The translations under genes and the position numbers were made by a program. This document shows positions 6,594 to 16,590 of a DNA stretch of 20,000 bases, one piece after another. A model generated the notes under the pieces. That model saw nothing but the letters and a program-made list of their open reading frames with translations, was not told the origin of the DNA and searched no databases. The stretch lies in IMG/VR virus record IMGVR_UViG_3300044731_000312; one strand, 5' to 3'. Source of the DNA: an uncultured virus (IMG/VR IMGVR_UViG_3300044731_000312) (Duplodnaviria; Heunggongvirae; Uroviricota; Caudoviricetes). How positions within the stretch are numbered: the stretch's first letter is position 1; each line of letters begins with the position of its first letter.

Positions 6594-7400
6594 TTAAGGC
6601 TGGGCGCCCTTGTAAAAGACGTACTCGTTGCCGTCTGTGGCTGTGTTGCCCGTTGTGTTCAATTCGCAGTTCTCACGATGGCCTGTAATGTAGGCATAGA
6701 TGGACGACGGGAACAGAACACCTGCCTCTTCCGAGGGCCCGCCTGTTCTTGCTATCATTTTGACTTCGAGCTTGTCACCAGCACGGAGTGGGATGTGTGC
6801 CCCACCCATCAGCCTAGCGTCACGGATGTGTGGCCCGTCTCCCATGTTGTGATAGTCAACCATGTCAATGATACGAAACATCACACCGTTTACGAAATAC
6901 GCAAGACGTGCTTCGTCAATCTGTGACGTGTTTGAGTACCTGATCTGCACGTAGGTATGCACCCACCAGACGCCTTTGTTCTGATCGGTTGGTCGGAATG
7001 ACCAGGTGTCGTCATAGTCTAGTGATTCGTTTTGAATGCCTTGCGTCCGCAGGAACTCATTGTTAAACGGAACAGGTGTGTACACGTCCGTCATGAACGA
7101 CCAGTTGCCGTTTAAATCCCATTGGAAAGACTGCTTGTAATCGCCCACCCAATGCTTCGACCTGTGCTCGCTGTTGGCCATGGCCTTCATGTTGGCATCG
7201 GTCTGTGTTATCAGGTACTGTTTAGTGACGATGTTGTTAAACGTTACATTGTAGTTATAGTCGATGTAATACTGGTAATTGTATACATCGCCATCAGTTT
7301 CTTCGCCTGCATAGTATGTGCCGAAGGTCTGCCTACGACGTTCGAATGCCAGCGAAGCCGGTGCTATCTTGCGATTGTTAACGGGGTCGTTGATAGGCAT
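6594..7400 (-). CDS. Tail-tip or receptor-binding protein with C1q/TNF-like domain
   Basis: Pattern VPFNN...YD...F...GVWWVHTYV...FVNG...IPLRAGDKLEV...YITG resembles a C1q jelly-roll. TAATG coupling to the upstream tail gene. Confidence 0.62.
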   Translation of the reverse strand: MPINDPVNNRKIAPASLAFERRRQTFGTYYAGEETDGDVYNYQYYIDYNYNVTFNNIVTKQYLITQTDANMKAMANSEHRSKHWVGDYKQSFQWDLNGNWSFMTDVYTPVPFNNEFLRTQGIQNESLDYDDTWSFRPTDQNKGVWWVHTYVQIRYSNTSQIDEARLAYFVNGVMFRIIDMVDYHNMGDGPHIRDARLMGGAHIPLRAGDKLEVKMIARTGGPSEEAGVLFPSSIYAYITGHRENCELNTTGNTATDGNEYVFYKGAQP

Positions 7401-9154
7401 TACGTTAGTTCCTGAGATGTTGTCGGTGCTAGCACGTAATAATTGATTTTAGACGTTGAAGCAAACCAGTCAACGGATATGGACGTTGGCAGTGCATAAT
7501 CCCAGTTAATCGAATCGAAAATATCGACGACCGAATCTGTCAATGTGTGCCTGCCACATAGTGCCGATGGCAGTAATGCCGTTGATTTGGTGTAGTTCCA
7601 TTCGGTTTCACATGTGGCGTTGTTCTCATCCGCAAAGACGTGCAAGTGCAGCAAACACAGTGCAGCCGGCATCGAGGTTTGAGCCTGCATAGCAGCCAGC
7701 TGAACACGGTATTTTTCTTGCGATTCGTCGTCTTGAAATTCTGGTTTATCCGATGCAGGCGAGGAGATCTTCACCCATTGCGTCGACTTGGGGCCATACC
7801 AGTATTTCGTGGTCTCGTGCACCTTGACTAGCGATCCGTTGTTGGCTTTGAACAGTATCTGGTTCGTCTGCTTATACACTTCGGTGCGTCCGTTCTCATC
7901 GTCGTAATCCGTCATGTATACAGGCACGTTGTGAATGATGGGCTCGATGTTCATTGACCGTGAGGAGCGAGCGCCTTTTTTAAGACGTACTATCTCGGTA
8001 GCGTCCTCTTGATGGCTCGTCTCATATCGTGATTCGGCCTTGGCTATGTTATCCCCACGCTTAATGATTGTAGGTAATGCCAGCGACTGGTTTAGGGATA
8101 GTGTTGCGTCGGTCGTGTCTACGTTGTTGGCGTAGCCTAGTGACGATGCTATGCGCTTAACATACCAGTTAGCATCAATGTAGATATTGCCACTTTGTGT
8201 CTTAGCCTCGAAATTGTAGGAAGCCTTCACACCAAGTGTTTCGCAGAGATCACGGATGATGTCGTATACAGTAACATCACGGCGCCCCCAGGCGAAGTTA
8301 TCCCCTAGGCTGTAGAGGCCACCGATTGTTGCTCCACCATAAGAGTCTTTGCTGATGTTTGTTGTAAGGTACGAGGTTTGGGAAGTTACGGCTGTCGATA
8401 TTGTACGCGGTTCGTTGTCTAATCCCATCGTGTACAATTCGATTGCCGCCTCGATTAGTTTATCGAGCGTGTTAAAATCAAAGAGTGACCCCGAAGAGCC
8501 AAAGGTAGTACGCGCATAGTTTGTTTTTATGTGCGTGCCCATTGCGGTGCGTATGTAGCCCATGATCGTTGCGAAGGTATCAGCAAGCACACGCCCTGGG
8601 CTTAAATGCTTTTGATTCCTACCGACAAGGTTACGAAGCAGGAACTGGAACACCTCTGTTTCGGGTGGACGGTGTGCGCCTATCTTGCCATTAAATACTT
8701 GATTGCCGGTGAGGGTTTTCATGGCATGGAATACATAGTCGACAAGTTCAACGTTGTAGCCATAGGAGCCGTCATCAAGGGGCTCTAATTGCACAGCTTC
8801 GACGTTATCCTCAACGCCTGCATATTCGACGGTGTACGTCGCACCTGAAGTGCCACGATCGGAATAGAGAACCCACAGGTTGCACTTGTCCGGCGCAGCC
8901 GGATCTACGCTGTCCTCGATATAATCCTGCACGGCTGATGGCAGCATCGACCATGCCAGTTTGAACTTAAGAGTTTGGGGCTTTACGAGCCCGTAGGGCA
9001 GCGTTTCAAATTCAGCCGTCTGTGAGCCCAGTTCAAGCAAACAAACGTCACCAAGGGCCGTTACGGTACCGTTAAGGTTCTCGTCATAGGGTACAAGATC
9101 CAGACGTATACGCCAGCCGTTAGGTAACGTTCGTGATAGTCGGTAGATTGCCAT
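7400..9154 (-). CDS. Minor tail or baseplate hub-like protein
   Basis: 584 aa, second gene after the tape measure. Contains a TVYDIIRDLCETLG segment like those of tail hub proteins. The call is mostly positional. Confidence 0.6.
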   Translation of the reverse strand: MAIYRLSRTLPNGWRIRLDLVPYDENLNGTVTALGDVCLLELGSQTAEFETLPYGLVKPQTLKFKLAWSMLPSAVQDYIEDSVDPAAPDKCNLWVLYSDRGTSGATYTVEYAGVEDNVEAVQLEPLDDGSYGYNVELVDYVFHAMKTLTGNQVFNGKIGAHRPPETEVFQFLLRNLVGRNQKHLSPGRVLADTFATIMGYIRTAMGTHIKTNYARTTFGSSGSLFDFNTLDKLIEAAIELYTMGLDNEPRTISTAVTSQTSYLTTNISKDSYGGATIGGLYSLGDNFAWGRRDVTVYDIIRDLCETLGVKASYNFEAKTQSGNIYIDANWYVKRIASSLGYANNVDTTDATLSLNQSLALPTIIKRGDNIAKAESRYETSHQEDATEIVRLKKGARSSRSMNIEPIIHNVPVYMTDYDDENGRTEVYKQTNQILFKANNGSLVKVHETTKYWYGPKSTQWVKISSPASDKPEFQDDESQEKYRVQLAAMQAQTSMPAALCLLHLHVFADENNATCETEWNYTKSTALLPSALCGRHTLTDSVVDIFDSINWDYALPTSISVDWFASTSKINYYVLAPTTSQELT

Positions 9155-9666
9155 TATATCAAACTCGATGCTTGGCGGAAACGATGCTTAAACGCTAGAG
9201 TCAAATTACGGTTCCCGAATTCCTTATTCAGCGAACCCTGCCATGACTCCAGCACGACAGGGTAGACGTGCCCCGATGTTGTGGGGCTTGTCCGTGATCC
9301 TGCCGTGAAACGAACCCAGAGGTATCTCTTGCCGTTGATGCCATCGGACAAGGCGAAGTAATCATCAAGATCTGTTTCGGTAGTTGAGGCGTCAAACAGA
9401 AACGGCCAGCACTCGACAGTCCAGATCGTGCGCCTGTTCGCCGTGCCGATGGTGCCACCTCCGATGTCGACTAGAGTAGACGTTTCGAACTCTGCATCTT
9501 CAGCCGGTGCTAGGATAGGACAGGAACCATTGGGCAGTGATGTTGTGATATTAGCATAGCCTGACAAGGAGGTCAGCGACGAAGCTGCTACCGTGTCGTA
9601 TGCGGTCGATGATGTGTCTTCGTTGGCCGCGTATAAATACATCTGCCATGAACTGTTGCCTGCCAT
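9154..9666 (-). CDS. Distal tail protein-like minor tail protein
   Basis: 170 aa immediately after the tape measure. Positional call. Confidence 0.55.
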   Translation of the reverse strand: MAGNSSWQMYLYAANEDTSSTAYDTVAASSLTSLSGYANITTSLPNGSCPILAPAEDAEFETSTLVDIGGGTIGTANRRTIWTVECWPFLFDASTTETDLDDYFALSDGINGKRYLWVRFTAGSRTSPTTSGHVYPVVLESWQGSLNKEFGNRNLTLAFKHRFRQASSLI

Positions 9667-9667
9667 G

Positions 9668-12600
9668 TTAACCTCTCAAACCACGCACGGCGGCGCGGTA
9701 TCTGTTACGTTCGTATAAATAGGTGTCCATGCCCACGTCCACGGCGACGGCCATCTGTCCCTGTATTCCGTTCGGCATGGAGTCAAGACGCCTACGGATG
9801 GCAGCCAGTTCTTGCCTCATACCTGACATTTCACCCGTCACGTCGGTAGAAACCACCGGCGCCTGAAACGCCAGAGGAAACTTACCATCGTTCATTTGTT
9901 CTAAGATGCCTCGATATTTGCGAGTGTTTTCTTTGTTGATTACGAACTCTCCCTTGTGGACAACACCAGCCGGTGTGTACTTACCACCGTCGCCTGTGTA
10001 ACCACCGTCTGCGAAGCCAGCCACAGCGGAGCGTGCAGCGGCAACGATACCCTTGAGGATGGCAGTTAACGCTGCTGCTTTTAAGAGTCCAAAGGCGCCA
10101 GCCGTAGCTACGGACTCAGCACTGGCAAGAGATATACCTGTAATCTGTGCAACCAAGATAGGCACCAAGGCGTCCAATGTGTCGAGTGCGATCTGCAGGA
10201 AAGCCGTGCCGAAGTCCTTTTGCTCTGTTATCAGCTGCCCAAATGCGGCTCCTGCAACGTTAGCCAATTCGTCGTAGATGTCCCCGAATGATTTGGCACT
10301 TGATGATGCAGTAGCAAGGGCCCCGATTGTTTCCTGTGTAAGAGCACGGAATGTTTCGTTAATCTGCTGGCGTATGGCATCGAACAGGCTAGGCACCTTG
10401 CCAAGTGAGCCAGCCAGTTCGTCTATGCCCTCCTGATAGGATTGCGTACCCTCGGTTATGTTAGCAACAATCTTGTTTGTTGCTTCCTCGGAGGCCTTAG
10501 TAGGCTTAGCAAATACCTTTTTCCAGTCAATGCCCGTTATACCCTTAACCGCAGAATCTGTAAACGACTTGAAAGCCGTTTCGTCTAAGCCTGGTTTAAT
10601 TGCCAGTTCCTGCGCTGTCAACTTTAGAAACTCGACTTGACGCTGCAACGCTTTGGTTATGTTCTGTTGAGACCTCCGAACTACGTTTACCTCGGTAATC
10701 TCAACATCAGCGGGGCCTTTTAACTTAAGACCCTTTAGTTCAGCCTCGATTTGCAGATCGCGGAAGTCATCGAGGATAGCTTTTTTAGATTCGTCTTTTA
10801 ATAGACGAAGTTTTGTATCGACAGGCAAGCCGTCAGCACCTAACTCGATACGGAGTAGTTCCTGTGCTTGTGTTATCCTATCCTGTAGCTGGCCAATGTC
10901 AAACTTCTCCAGTTCAAACTTCACATTAACAGCTTCGCCAGCAGCCTCACGTCGTGCCAGTGTCAGCTCAAATTCCTTGCGTGCTGTCTTCTGGCTATCC
11001 ACATATTCGTCTAATGCTTTCTTGGCTAGCTTGTACTGTGATGTTTCCTTCTCTGCTTTCTTATCATCAGCAGCCGTTGCCGTTGGCGTAGGTGGTGGAG
11101 TAGCGGCCGCAGTTGCTGCAGCCTGTGCTTCCTCGACCTTGCCAAGTGCTTTTAACTGAGCGTTGAGGGCGTTGTTGTATTTCGTGATACCATCAAGGCG
11201 TTCTTTGGCGTCCTTGATATTCTGGTTTGCAAACTCAGCAAATGCGATTCGTAGCTTGTCCGCCTGTTCTTGTGTCTTGACTGAATACAGACGGTTTGCG
11301 AAGTCAATGGCGAAGTTGTCGACGTTGCCCAGAATATCACTAAATACGTCCTTGAACTCTTCGAGTGCGACGTCACGCTGTGCAGCGAGCAACGTCTGAT
11401 TAGCCTGTCGAAGTTTGTTCTGCAGACCGATGGCCTCATCGCCTAACTTATTTAATTCGTTAGTCGTGAGTTTAGAGATTTTCTGCACACCATCGAGGTT
11501 TTCCGAGAACGTCTTGGTTTGATCGATAAGGTCTGGGTATTGTTCGTCCAGCTTGCCCTGAATCTGTTGGAGTTTCTTGTCCTCTTCGACCGTTCGGTTT
11601 GTTTTCTTGGCAAGTTCAGTGAACTGTTCAGCCAATGACTTGGTTTGTTTCACCGTCGTCTGGCGTTCTTTGTTGCCCTTGATTTGTTCCTCGACAAGTT
11701 TCTTCTCAGCTTCGGCGTTTTCTAAAGCCTCCTCGGCTGAAATGTTCATAGCATCAGCAAGAGCTATAATACCAGCAGTAGCTGCAATAACAGCAACAGC
11801 CACAAGCCCGATTGGGTTTAATGCCAACACAGCGTTCCATGCTGCCGTTGCCGCTGCTGCTATACCTTGCCCGATTGCTGCAGCATTAGTTGCCAGCGCA
11901 TAGGCACCGACGGCAGCCGCTGCTGTTAAGAGGATAGGGCCGATTACGTCGAAGTTATCAAACACTGCCTTAACGATAGGGGCCAGCGTTTGGAATGCGT
12001 TGATCAAACCCACCTCGATGGCAGCCTTGAACTTATCAAACCGAGCCGCTAGGGTGTCGTTGTTTTTAGCCGCCTGATCGAAGGCCTCGCTGGTGCCTGT
12101 TACGCCATCTGTAAACGCTTCGATATTGCCGATGTTGTCCAGCAGGATACCAGCCGTAGCCGCGTTTTCCGTACCGAACAACGTAGCCTTAAACGCTGCT
12201 TTCTCCGCATCGGTGCCGAGTTTGTCGATTCCGCCCTGCAGTTTTGTAAGTGCAGCAGACAAGCCTTCCTTCGTAAGTGTTTCCCCAAGATCTTTGATAG
12301 ACAAACCGACGCCTTTGAGTGCCTCTTCTCCAGGGCCTGACTGCTTAACCAGCAAACCCAGAACGTTGCGAAGACCGACGCCAGCCTCGGAACCTACCTT
12401 ACCGCCTACAGCAAGGGCCTGAATAGCGGCGTTCGTTTCTTCAAATGATAGGTTCGCACCCTTAGCAGCGACACCAGCCTGCAGGATAGCGTCCGCGACC
12501 TGTGGGATTTCAGCGGCGCCCACTTTCGCAGAGGCCGCAAGAACGTTGATAAAGCGCCCCGACTCCTCAGCAAGTTTCGCCGGATCGCTTGCGTCGATGC

Positions 12601-13204
12601 CGAACTGTAGCATCGAGTTTGAGAGAGCATCTACCGACGCCTTCGCATCGAGGCCTGCAGCCTTGGCAAGAACGTTAACGTTCTCGGATACCGCAGACAA
12701 TGCCTCGGGTGTGCTTGCCAGATCAGGGCCAAACTTAGACAACACAGTCTGGAAAGCCTCCAGCTGTGTTGTTGCTGATCCTCCAAACTGTTCAGCTAAT
12801 CCCTTGGCACGTTCGCCCAAATCGTTGAGTCCGTCGCCAGTTACACCTGTTACAGCTGATACCGACTGCAGGGCGGTCTCGAAATTAGAACCGGCTGCTA
12901 TGGCCTGTGACAGACCTTCCTGCAGCACGCCCCCGAGTTGTGCAGCAACGCCACCGATAAGACCACCAGAAAACGCACCCTTGAAAGAATCCGACAGCGA
13001 AGACGCGGCGTTCTTACCTGTTGTCTCCGCTACGTTTTCAAGGCTTTTGAGGCTTTGTTTGGCACCGTCGGTATCGACAACAGCGTCGATGTTTAGAGCC
13101 TTGCTTATCTGATCTGCTGACGTCTTGGAATCACTAGCGGCTTTCTTCAGTGACGATGAAAAACCGCTAGTGTCCAGTTGAAGTTCATTCTTAAAAACTG
13201 CCAT
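9668..13204 (-). CDS. Tail tape measure protein (TP901-family-like core)
   Basis: 1178 aa, Ala-rich and helical. Core [13 protein letters not shown]...[12 protein letters not shown], a hydrophobic [12 protein letters not shown] region, and C-terminal [26 protein letters not shown]. Confidence 0.95.
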   Translation of the reverse strand: MAVFKNELQLDTSGFSSSLKKAASDSKTSADQISKALNIDAVVDTDGAKQSLKSLENVAETTGKNAASSLSDSFKGAFSGGLIGGVAAQLGGVLQEGLSQAIAAGSNFETALQSVSAVTGVTGDGLNDLGERAKGLAEQFGGSATTQLEAFQTVLSKFGPDLASTPEALSAVSENVNVLAKAAGLDAKASVDALSNSMLQFGIDASDPAKLAEESGRFINVLAASAKVGAAEIPQVADAILQAGVAAKGANLSFEETNAAIQALAVGGKVGSEAGVGLRNVLGLLVKQSGPGEEALKGVGLSIKDLGETLTKEGLSAALTKLQGGIDKLGTDAEKAAFKATLFGTENAATAGILLDNIGNIEAFTDGVTGTSEAFDQAAKNNDTLAARFDKFKAAIEVGLINAFQTLAPIVKAVFDNFDVIGPILLTAAAAVGAYALATNAAAIGQGIAAAATAAWNAVLALNPIGLVAVAVIAATAGIIALADAMNISAEEALENAEAEKKLVEEQIKGNKERQTTVKQTKSLAEQFTELAKKTNRTVEEDKKLQQIQGKLDEQYPDLIDQTKTFSENLDGVQKISKLTTNELNKLGDEAIGLQNKLRQANQTLLAAQRDVALEEFKDVFSDILGNVDNFAIDFANRLYSVKTQEQADKLRIAFAEFANQNIKDAKERLDGITKYNNALNAQLKALGKVEEAQAAATAAATPPPTPTATAADDKKAEKETSQYKLAKKALDEYVDSQKTARKEFELTLARREAAGEAVNVKFELEKFDIGQLQDRITQAQELLRIELGADGLPVDTKLRLLKDESKKAILDDFRDLQIEAELKGLKLKGPADVEITEVNVVRRSQQNITKALQRQVEFLKLTAQELAIKPGLDETAFKSFTDSAVKGITGIDWKKVFAKPTKASEEATNKIVANITEGTQSYQEGIDELAGSLGKVPSLFDAIRQQINETFRALTQETIGALATASSSAKSFGDIYDELANVAGAAFGQLITEQKDFGTAFLQIALDTLDALVPILVAQITGISLASAESVATAGAFGLLKAAALTAILKGIVAAARSAVAGFADGGYTGDGGKYTPAGVVHKGEFVINKENTRKYRGILEQMNDGKFPLAFQAPVVSTDVTGEMSGMRQELAAIRRRLDSMPNGIQGQMAVAVDVGMDTYLYERNRYRAAVRGLRG

Positions 13205-13530
13205 TATCGTTTCCCGATTCGGCGTTCGTGCCTGTTCTTAGCTATCTGTGAATCGGTCGGTTGATCCCATGAGTGAGCCCGCACAAGTGCGACCCTCCGC
13301 AGAAACTCCGACGCTGTGAGGGAAACTACCACTTCGTCGGGTGTCATTTTCCACAACTTGCCTATCTCGATGGCCATAAGAACGTCGTGCTCGTGTGCTG
13401 GCACTACGTCGGTTCCTGTGATGCGCTTGGGGTAAGGTTTGCCCGTGTCGTCAACAGGCGTTTTCGTCAGCACGTCGTAGGCTTCATATATCTCAGCGAC
13501 TGCTGCGACCTCAGAGTTTAGCGACGCCTC
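13204..13530 (-). CDS. Tail assembly chaperone, gpT-like frameshift extension
   Basis: The frame is open from 13560 to 13204 and overlaps the gpG-like ORF. The GTG at 13473 has no SD. Contains [14 protein letters not shown] and lies directly before the tape measure. Confidence 0.7.
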   Translation of the reverse strand, partial: EASLNSEVAAVAEIYEAYDVLTKTPVDDTGKPYPKRITGTDVVPAHEHDVLMAIEIGKLWKMTPDEVVVSLTASEFLRRVALVRAHSWDQPTDSQIAKNRHERRIGKR

Positions 13531-14047
13531 GAAACCACTTGACGGATTCGACCACCTCCGTCAGGTCTTGGTCTTCCCAGAATTCGGAAACGGACATGAG
13601 TGTCTTTTGTTCTTCGGTCAGCTGGTTGGTGTCCATGATGACCTTCAGCACCTCAATACAGGCGTTGATGGCGTCGTCGTTGTCAAGGGGAAACTCTGTG
13701 ATAGGATTGTTCAGCGCTTGCCAGATGTTCGGGAATGATTCCAGCAATTCGGATTGTATGCGCTGTGTTACCATCGACTGCAGATCGTTGTCTGTGATGT
13801 TCGGGATAGCCTCCCGAATCTCTTTGCCAATCTGTGCAGCGTGCACGGAGTTAGCACCACCAGACAAGGTAACGATCTTGGCAGCATTGGGCGATTCCTG
13901 CAGGGCCTTCTGGAAAGCCGCGTTCTGGCCTAAACTGCGAAGCGTTGCGATGGGGTTCTCAACTGCCTTGATGATACGGCGCGAGATGATGTTCTTCAGC
14001 GGGATCTCTTTCTGTTCACCCACGAAATAGAGTTTAATCGACGGCAT
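13511..14047 (-). CDS. Tail assembly chaperone, gpG-like
   Basis: Lies between the major tail and tape measure genes. ATG at 14047 (MPSIKL) after AGAGGA. 178 aa. Confidence 0.75.
   Translation of the reverse strand: MPSIKLYFVGEQKEIPLKNIISRRIIKAVENPIATLRSLGQNAAFQKALQESPNAAKIVTLSGGANSVHAAQIGKEIREAIPNITDNDLQSMVTQRIQSELLESFPNIWQALNNPITEFPLDNDDAINACIEVLKVIMDTNQLTEEQKTLMSVSEFWEDQDLTEVVESVKWFRGVAKL
13529..13537 (-). other. Candidate programmed +1 ribosomal frameshift site TGG TTT CGA
   Basis: The downstream ORF is in the +1 frame. tRNA-Phe can re-pair from UUU to UUC while a CGA codon is in the A site. Confidence 0.62.
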
Positions 14048-14071
14048 GACAAGTCCTCTTGTTACGGCATG

Positions 14072-14137
14072 AAAAACAAAATAGGCAGGGGCCGCCATGC
14101 CGCGAACGGCCCCCACCGGGTAACCTCGGAAGGTTAC
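14072..14137 (-). terminator. Tandem hairpins or leaky terminator after the major tail gene
   Basis: GTAACCT-TCCG-AGGTTAC (14137-14120) spans the stop codon. GGGGCCG...CGGCCCC (14113-14088) follows, then TGCCTATTTTGTTTTT. Confidence 0.65.
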
Positions 14138-14709
14138 TTATAAACTACAGTTCCGTATGGAATTGTACCGAACAGTGTAACAGGTACGGCTGAAGTCATA
14201 AAGTCAGTGAAGTAGGTTGCAGCAAGCGTGATAGGGTTCTGCAGCTTGAAGCCTTCGAAAGACAACGTTACTCGGTTGTATGTTTCACCAGCCTGCGTCC
14301 ATCCGCCAGATTCGTTGTTCAGGCGCTGTGGGAAAACGCCTACCTTACGAACGGCTGTGTTTTGCTGGTTTCCACCACCAGCAAGACCGCCCTTGACTGC
14401 ACAGATTAGCTTCTGGTTCTGAGCAGAGCCTGTTTCGTTTGTGCCGTTCTCGAGAAGCAAGTCCTCGATAGCGCCAGCGCCTGTGTTGGTTGCTGTCTCG
14501 ATAAACGTCTGCAGCGCCTGCGTGTCTTCGACGTGCTCGATAGAAATCGAGTAAGCACCAGAAGCAGCGTCACGTGTTACATCTGTTGAGATGATGTTAT
14601 CATTGAGTTTGTAGAGGTATGTCGAACCGACGCCAATAGTGCCGGTATCTTCGACAGTCCATGCGCCGAAGGTATTACCACCGGCGACGACCCGTGTTGC
14701 GAGTGCCAT
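14134..14709 (-). CDS. Major tail (tube) protein
   Basis: 191 aa, Gly/Thr-rich, upstream of the chaperone and tape measure. AAGGA ribosome-binding site and a terminator-like hairpin downstream. Confidence 0.75.
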   Translation of the reverse strand: MALATRVVAGGNTFGAWTVEDTGTIGVGSTYLYKLNDNIISTDVTRDAASGAYSISIEHVEDTQALQTFIETATNTGAGAIEDLLLENGTNETGSAQNQKLICAVKGGLAGGGNQQNTAVRKVGVFPQRLNNESGGWTQAGETYNRVTLSFEGFKLQNPITLAATYFTDFMTSAVPVTLFGTIPYGTVVYK

Positions 14710-14710
14710 G

Positions 14711-15454
14711 TTATTTGTCCTTTGTTACATAATACATAAATGATCCTGAGTCACGGTGTATCATTTGTGTCCAGTATACTAACTGGTCATCATCTGTACA
14801 GTCCGCAATCTCACGTGCGAGCCCTCTCACGTTACGCCTCACCTTGGCCATCATCGAGTCGGCGTCGACTTCATAGCCTACGTGATGCACTAACAGTGAA
14901 CAGGTCTCAAGTGTTAGCCCCTGCTGTTCTATCGACCATGTGATCTGTTCGTGTGCAGCACCCTTGAAGGCGAATGCTTTGTTGTTGCGAAACACCCTTG
15001 TCTGTGGATGATGGTATCGCATAACGTTGCTGTTGCCTTCGTGCTTCGGTTGTACTCCAACACATCCGCACACAAGCCCGCCAACACCGGCAGGGTATAT
15101 CGTCAGGTCGTCAAACCAACTATGCTGATGGGTTAGCAGACGGTCGTCGGCGTCTATCCACATTACCCACCCACGAGAACAGAGACCAATGCAAAGGTTG
15201 CGAAGGTTGGCAAAGTGTAGATCTTGCCATTGCGTTTCGTAGTAACGAACAACGCTACCATTGTTTAGCGTTATTTTCTTACGTTCTACAACCTCTGAAT
15301 TGTCGCCCTGTTCATTCCAGAGCACGACCACCTCGCAGCCACTCGGTAGCGTTGAGATCATCTGCATGACGTGGTGTGCTTCGCTCTTGTGTGCTATGCA
15401 GGCGAAACTTACGTCGACGTGTTTAGGCTCTGAGCTTTGGTTCGTTGCCGACAT
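14711..15454 (-). CDS. Family 2 glycosyltransferase in the tail module
   Basis: HFANLRN, WVMWIDADDRL (DxD), RVFRN...FKGAAHEQI and HHVGYE...KVRRN. The start codon is uncertain (15454 or 15463). Confidence 0.87.
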   Translation of the reverse strand: MSATNQSSEPKHVDVSFACIAHKSEAHHVMQMISTLPSGCEVVVLWNEQGDNSEVVERKKITLNNGSVVRYYETQWQDLHFANLRNLCIGLCSRGWVMWIDADDRLLTHQHSWFDDLTIYPAGVGGLVCGCVGVQPKHEGNSNVMRYHHPQTRVFRNNKAFAFKGAAHEQITWSIEQQGLTLETCSLLVHHVGYEVDADSMMAKVRRNVRGLAREIADCTDDDQLVYWTQMIHRDSGSFMYYVTKDK

Positions 15455-15662
15455 ATAGAACAACTTTCGCTTGTGATGGTTCGTTTAAGAATTGCCCGAT
15501 GATGATTTCCTGAACATCACGAACAAAGAATTCCTGCACGGTCGTACTGGTGACGTCCCGTGGCCTGTGATCCGTGAACAGATCCGAGTCGACCCTGACG
15601 TCGATGTCGCCGTAGACGCTGTGGATCTGGCGAAGATGCTTCATCAGTTCAGATACAGTCAT
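15423..15662 (-). CDS. Hypothetical protein
   Basis: 79 aa with a MTVSELMKHL...YGDIDV N-terminus of a type common in small phage proteins. ATGA overlap upstream. Confidence 0.65.
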   Translation of the reverse strand: MTVSELMKHLRQIHSVYGDIDVRVDSDLFTDHRPRDVTSTTVQEFFVRDVQEIIIGQFLNEPSQAKVVLYVGNEPKLRA

Positions 15663-16132
15663 GCTTGCTGGAGATAAGATATAGTTACTTCGTACAACAG
15701 ACCCACCTTGTCCGACTTGTCGTCCACGTATCCCGTTACGTTGCCTGTCTCGATGCTGTGCAGTGTTACAGTATAACCTGCACTGGTGACGTCTGAATAG
15801 GGGAGCGTAGCTTCGACAGCGTCCATCGCCTTGTCTATCTTCTCGCTGAGTTGCCCGTGCATGATGGCAGCCGTTCCAAGTTCCTGTGAGTCAAGGCTGT
15901 TTTTCTGCACAGCGTAGATGCCTAGCAACAGCCGACGTATTGAGGTTCTAAACCCTGATTCCGTGTTCAGAGGTGTCAGTGTGTCACTAATGATGTTAAC
16001 GTAGACGTTCGCCTTGGTGTTGAACAAGGCCGTTTCTTTGGTGAAGACGTTGATGACGTTGAAGGTCTTATCGTCAGACAGTTTGTCCTTGACAAGATCC
16101 AAAGCCATAGCGTATTTCGAAGTGCTGCTCAT
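15659..16132 (-). CDS. Putative tail terminator or tail completion protein
   Basis: 157 aa. Position after the neck gene, and the C-terminal strand LLYEVTISY, fit this role. Confidence 0.55.
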   Translation of the reverse strand: MSSTSKYAMALDLVKDKLSDDKTFNVINVFTKETALFNTKANVYVNIISDTLTPLNTESGFRTSIRRLLLGIYAVQKNSLDSQELGTAAIMHGQLSEKIDKAMDAVEATLPYSDVTSAGYTVTLHSIETGNVTGYVDDKSDKVGLLYEVTISYLQQA

Positions 16133-16590
16133 GACGAAGCCTCTGCTAGTTTACGTAGCATGATGTCGATTATACGGGGGAAATTTCCGTCTTGAAACGA
16201 TCGCATAGCAGGCCCAATGTAGGGCCGTGGTGGGATAGTCGCGGCGTAGTTACGGCCTGTCTGCCCACCGTATTCATGGATGCGTGCGTATGGTATAACG
16301 TTCAAATCTATTCCCCACACGAAAGCGTATGTGTTGCCACGTTGTTCGTAGGATGTAGCGTTGCCTTTGGCTCTGTATACGGTCGCTGCTTTGAACAAAT
16401 TACCATCAACTTGCTGTAGAGTTTTGCCTGTAGGCACACGGGGATATTTTGGGTTGCGAACAGTTTCACCGTAGTTCATAGATATATCCCTTGCCAGCGC
16501 CGTTTGCATACGCTGAGGGTCAAAGGCGTCCTTCGCCAGCACTGGCAAGTTCAGCAGTATTCTTCTGACATATTCGTCAACACTAATCAC
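16129..16590 (-). CDS. Virion morphogenesis or neck protein (Mu gpG / HK97 gp10-like)
   Basis: Motif PYARIHEYGG...IPPRPYIGPA. GTG start at 16590 overlaps the upstream TGA. Confidence 0.8.
   Translation of the reverse strand: MISVDEYVRRILLNLPVLAKDAFDPQRMQTALARDISMNYGETVRNPKYPRVPTGKTLQQVDGNLFKAATVYRAKGNATSYEQRGNTYAFVWGIDLNVIPYARIHEYGGQTGRNYAATIPPRPYIGPAMRSFQDGNFPRIIDIMLRKLAEASS

Noticed and set aside
6026..9154. Diversity-generating retroelement or invertible segment acting on tail-tip genes
   Set aside because: No reverse transcriptase, recombinase or template/variable repeat pair was seen in the window.
11060..11130. Low-complexity repeat-like stretch in the tape measure gene
   Set aside because: It encodes an Ala/Thr/Pro linker ([18 protein letters not shown]) and is not a DNA repeat element.
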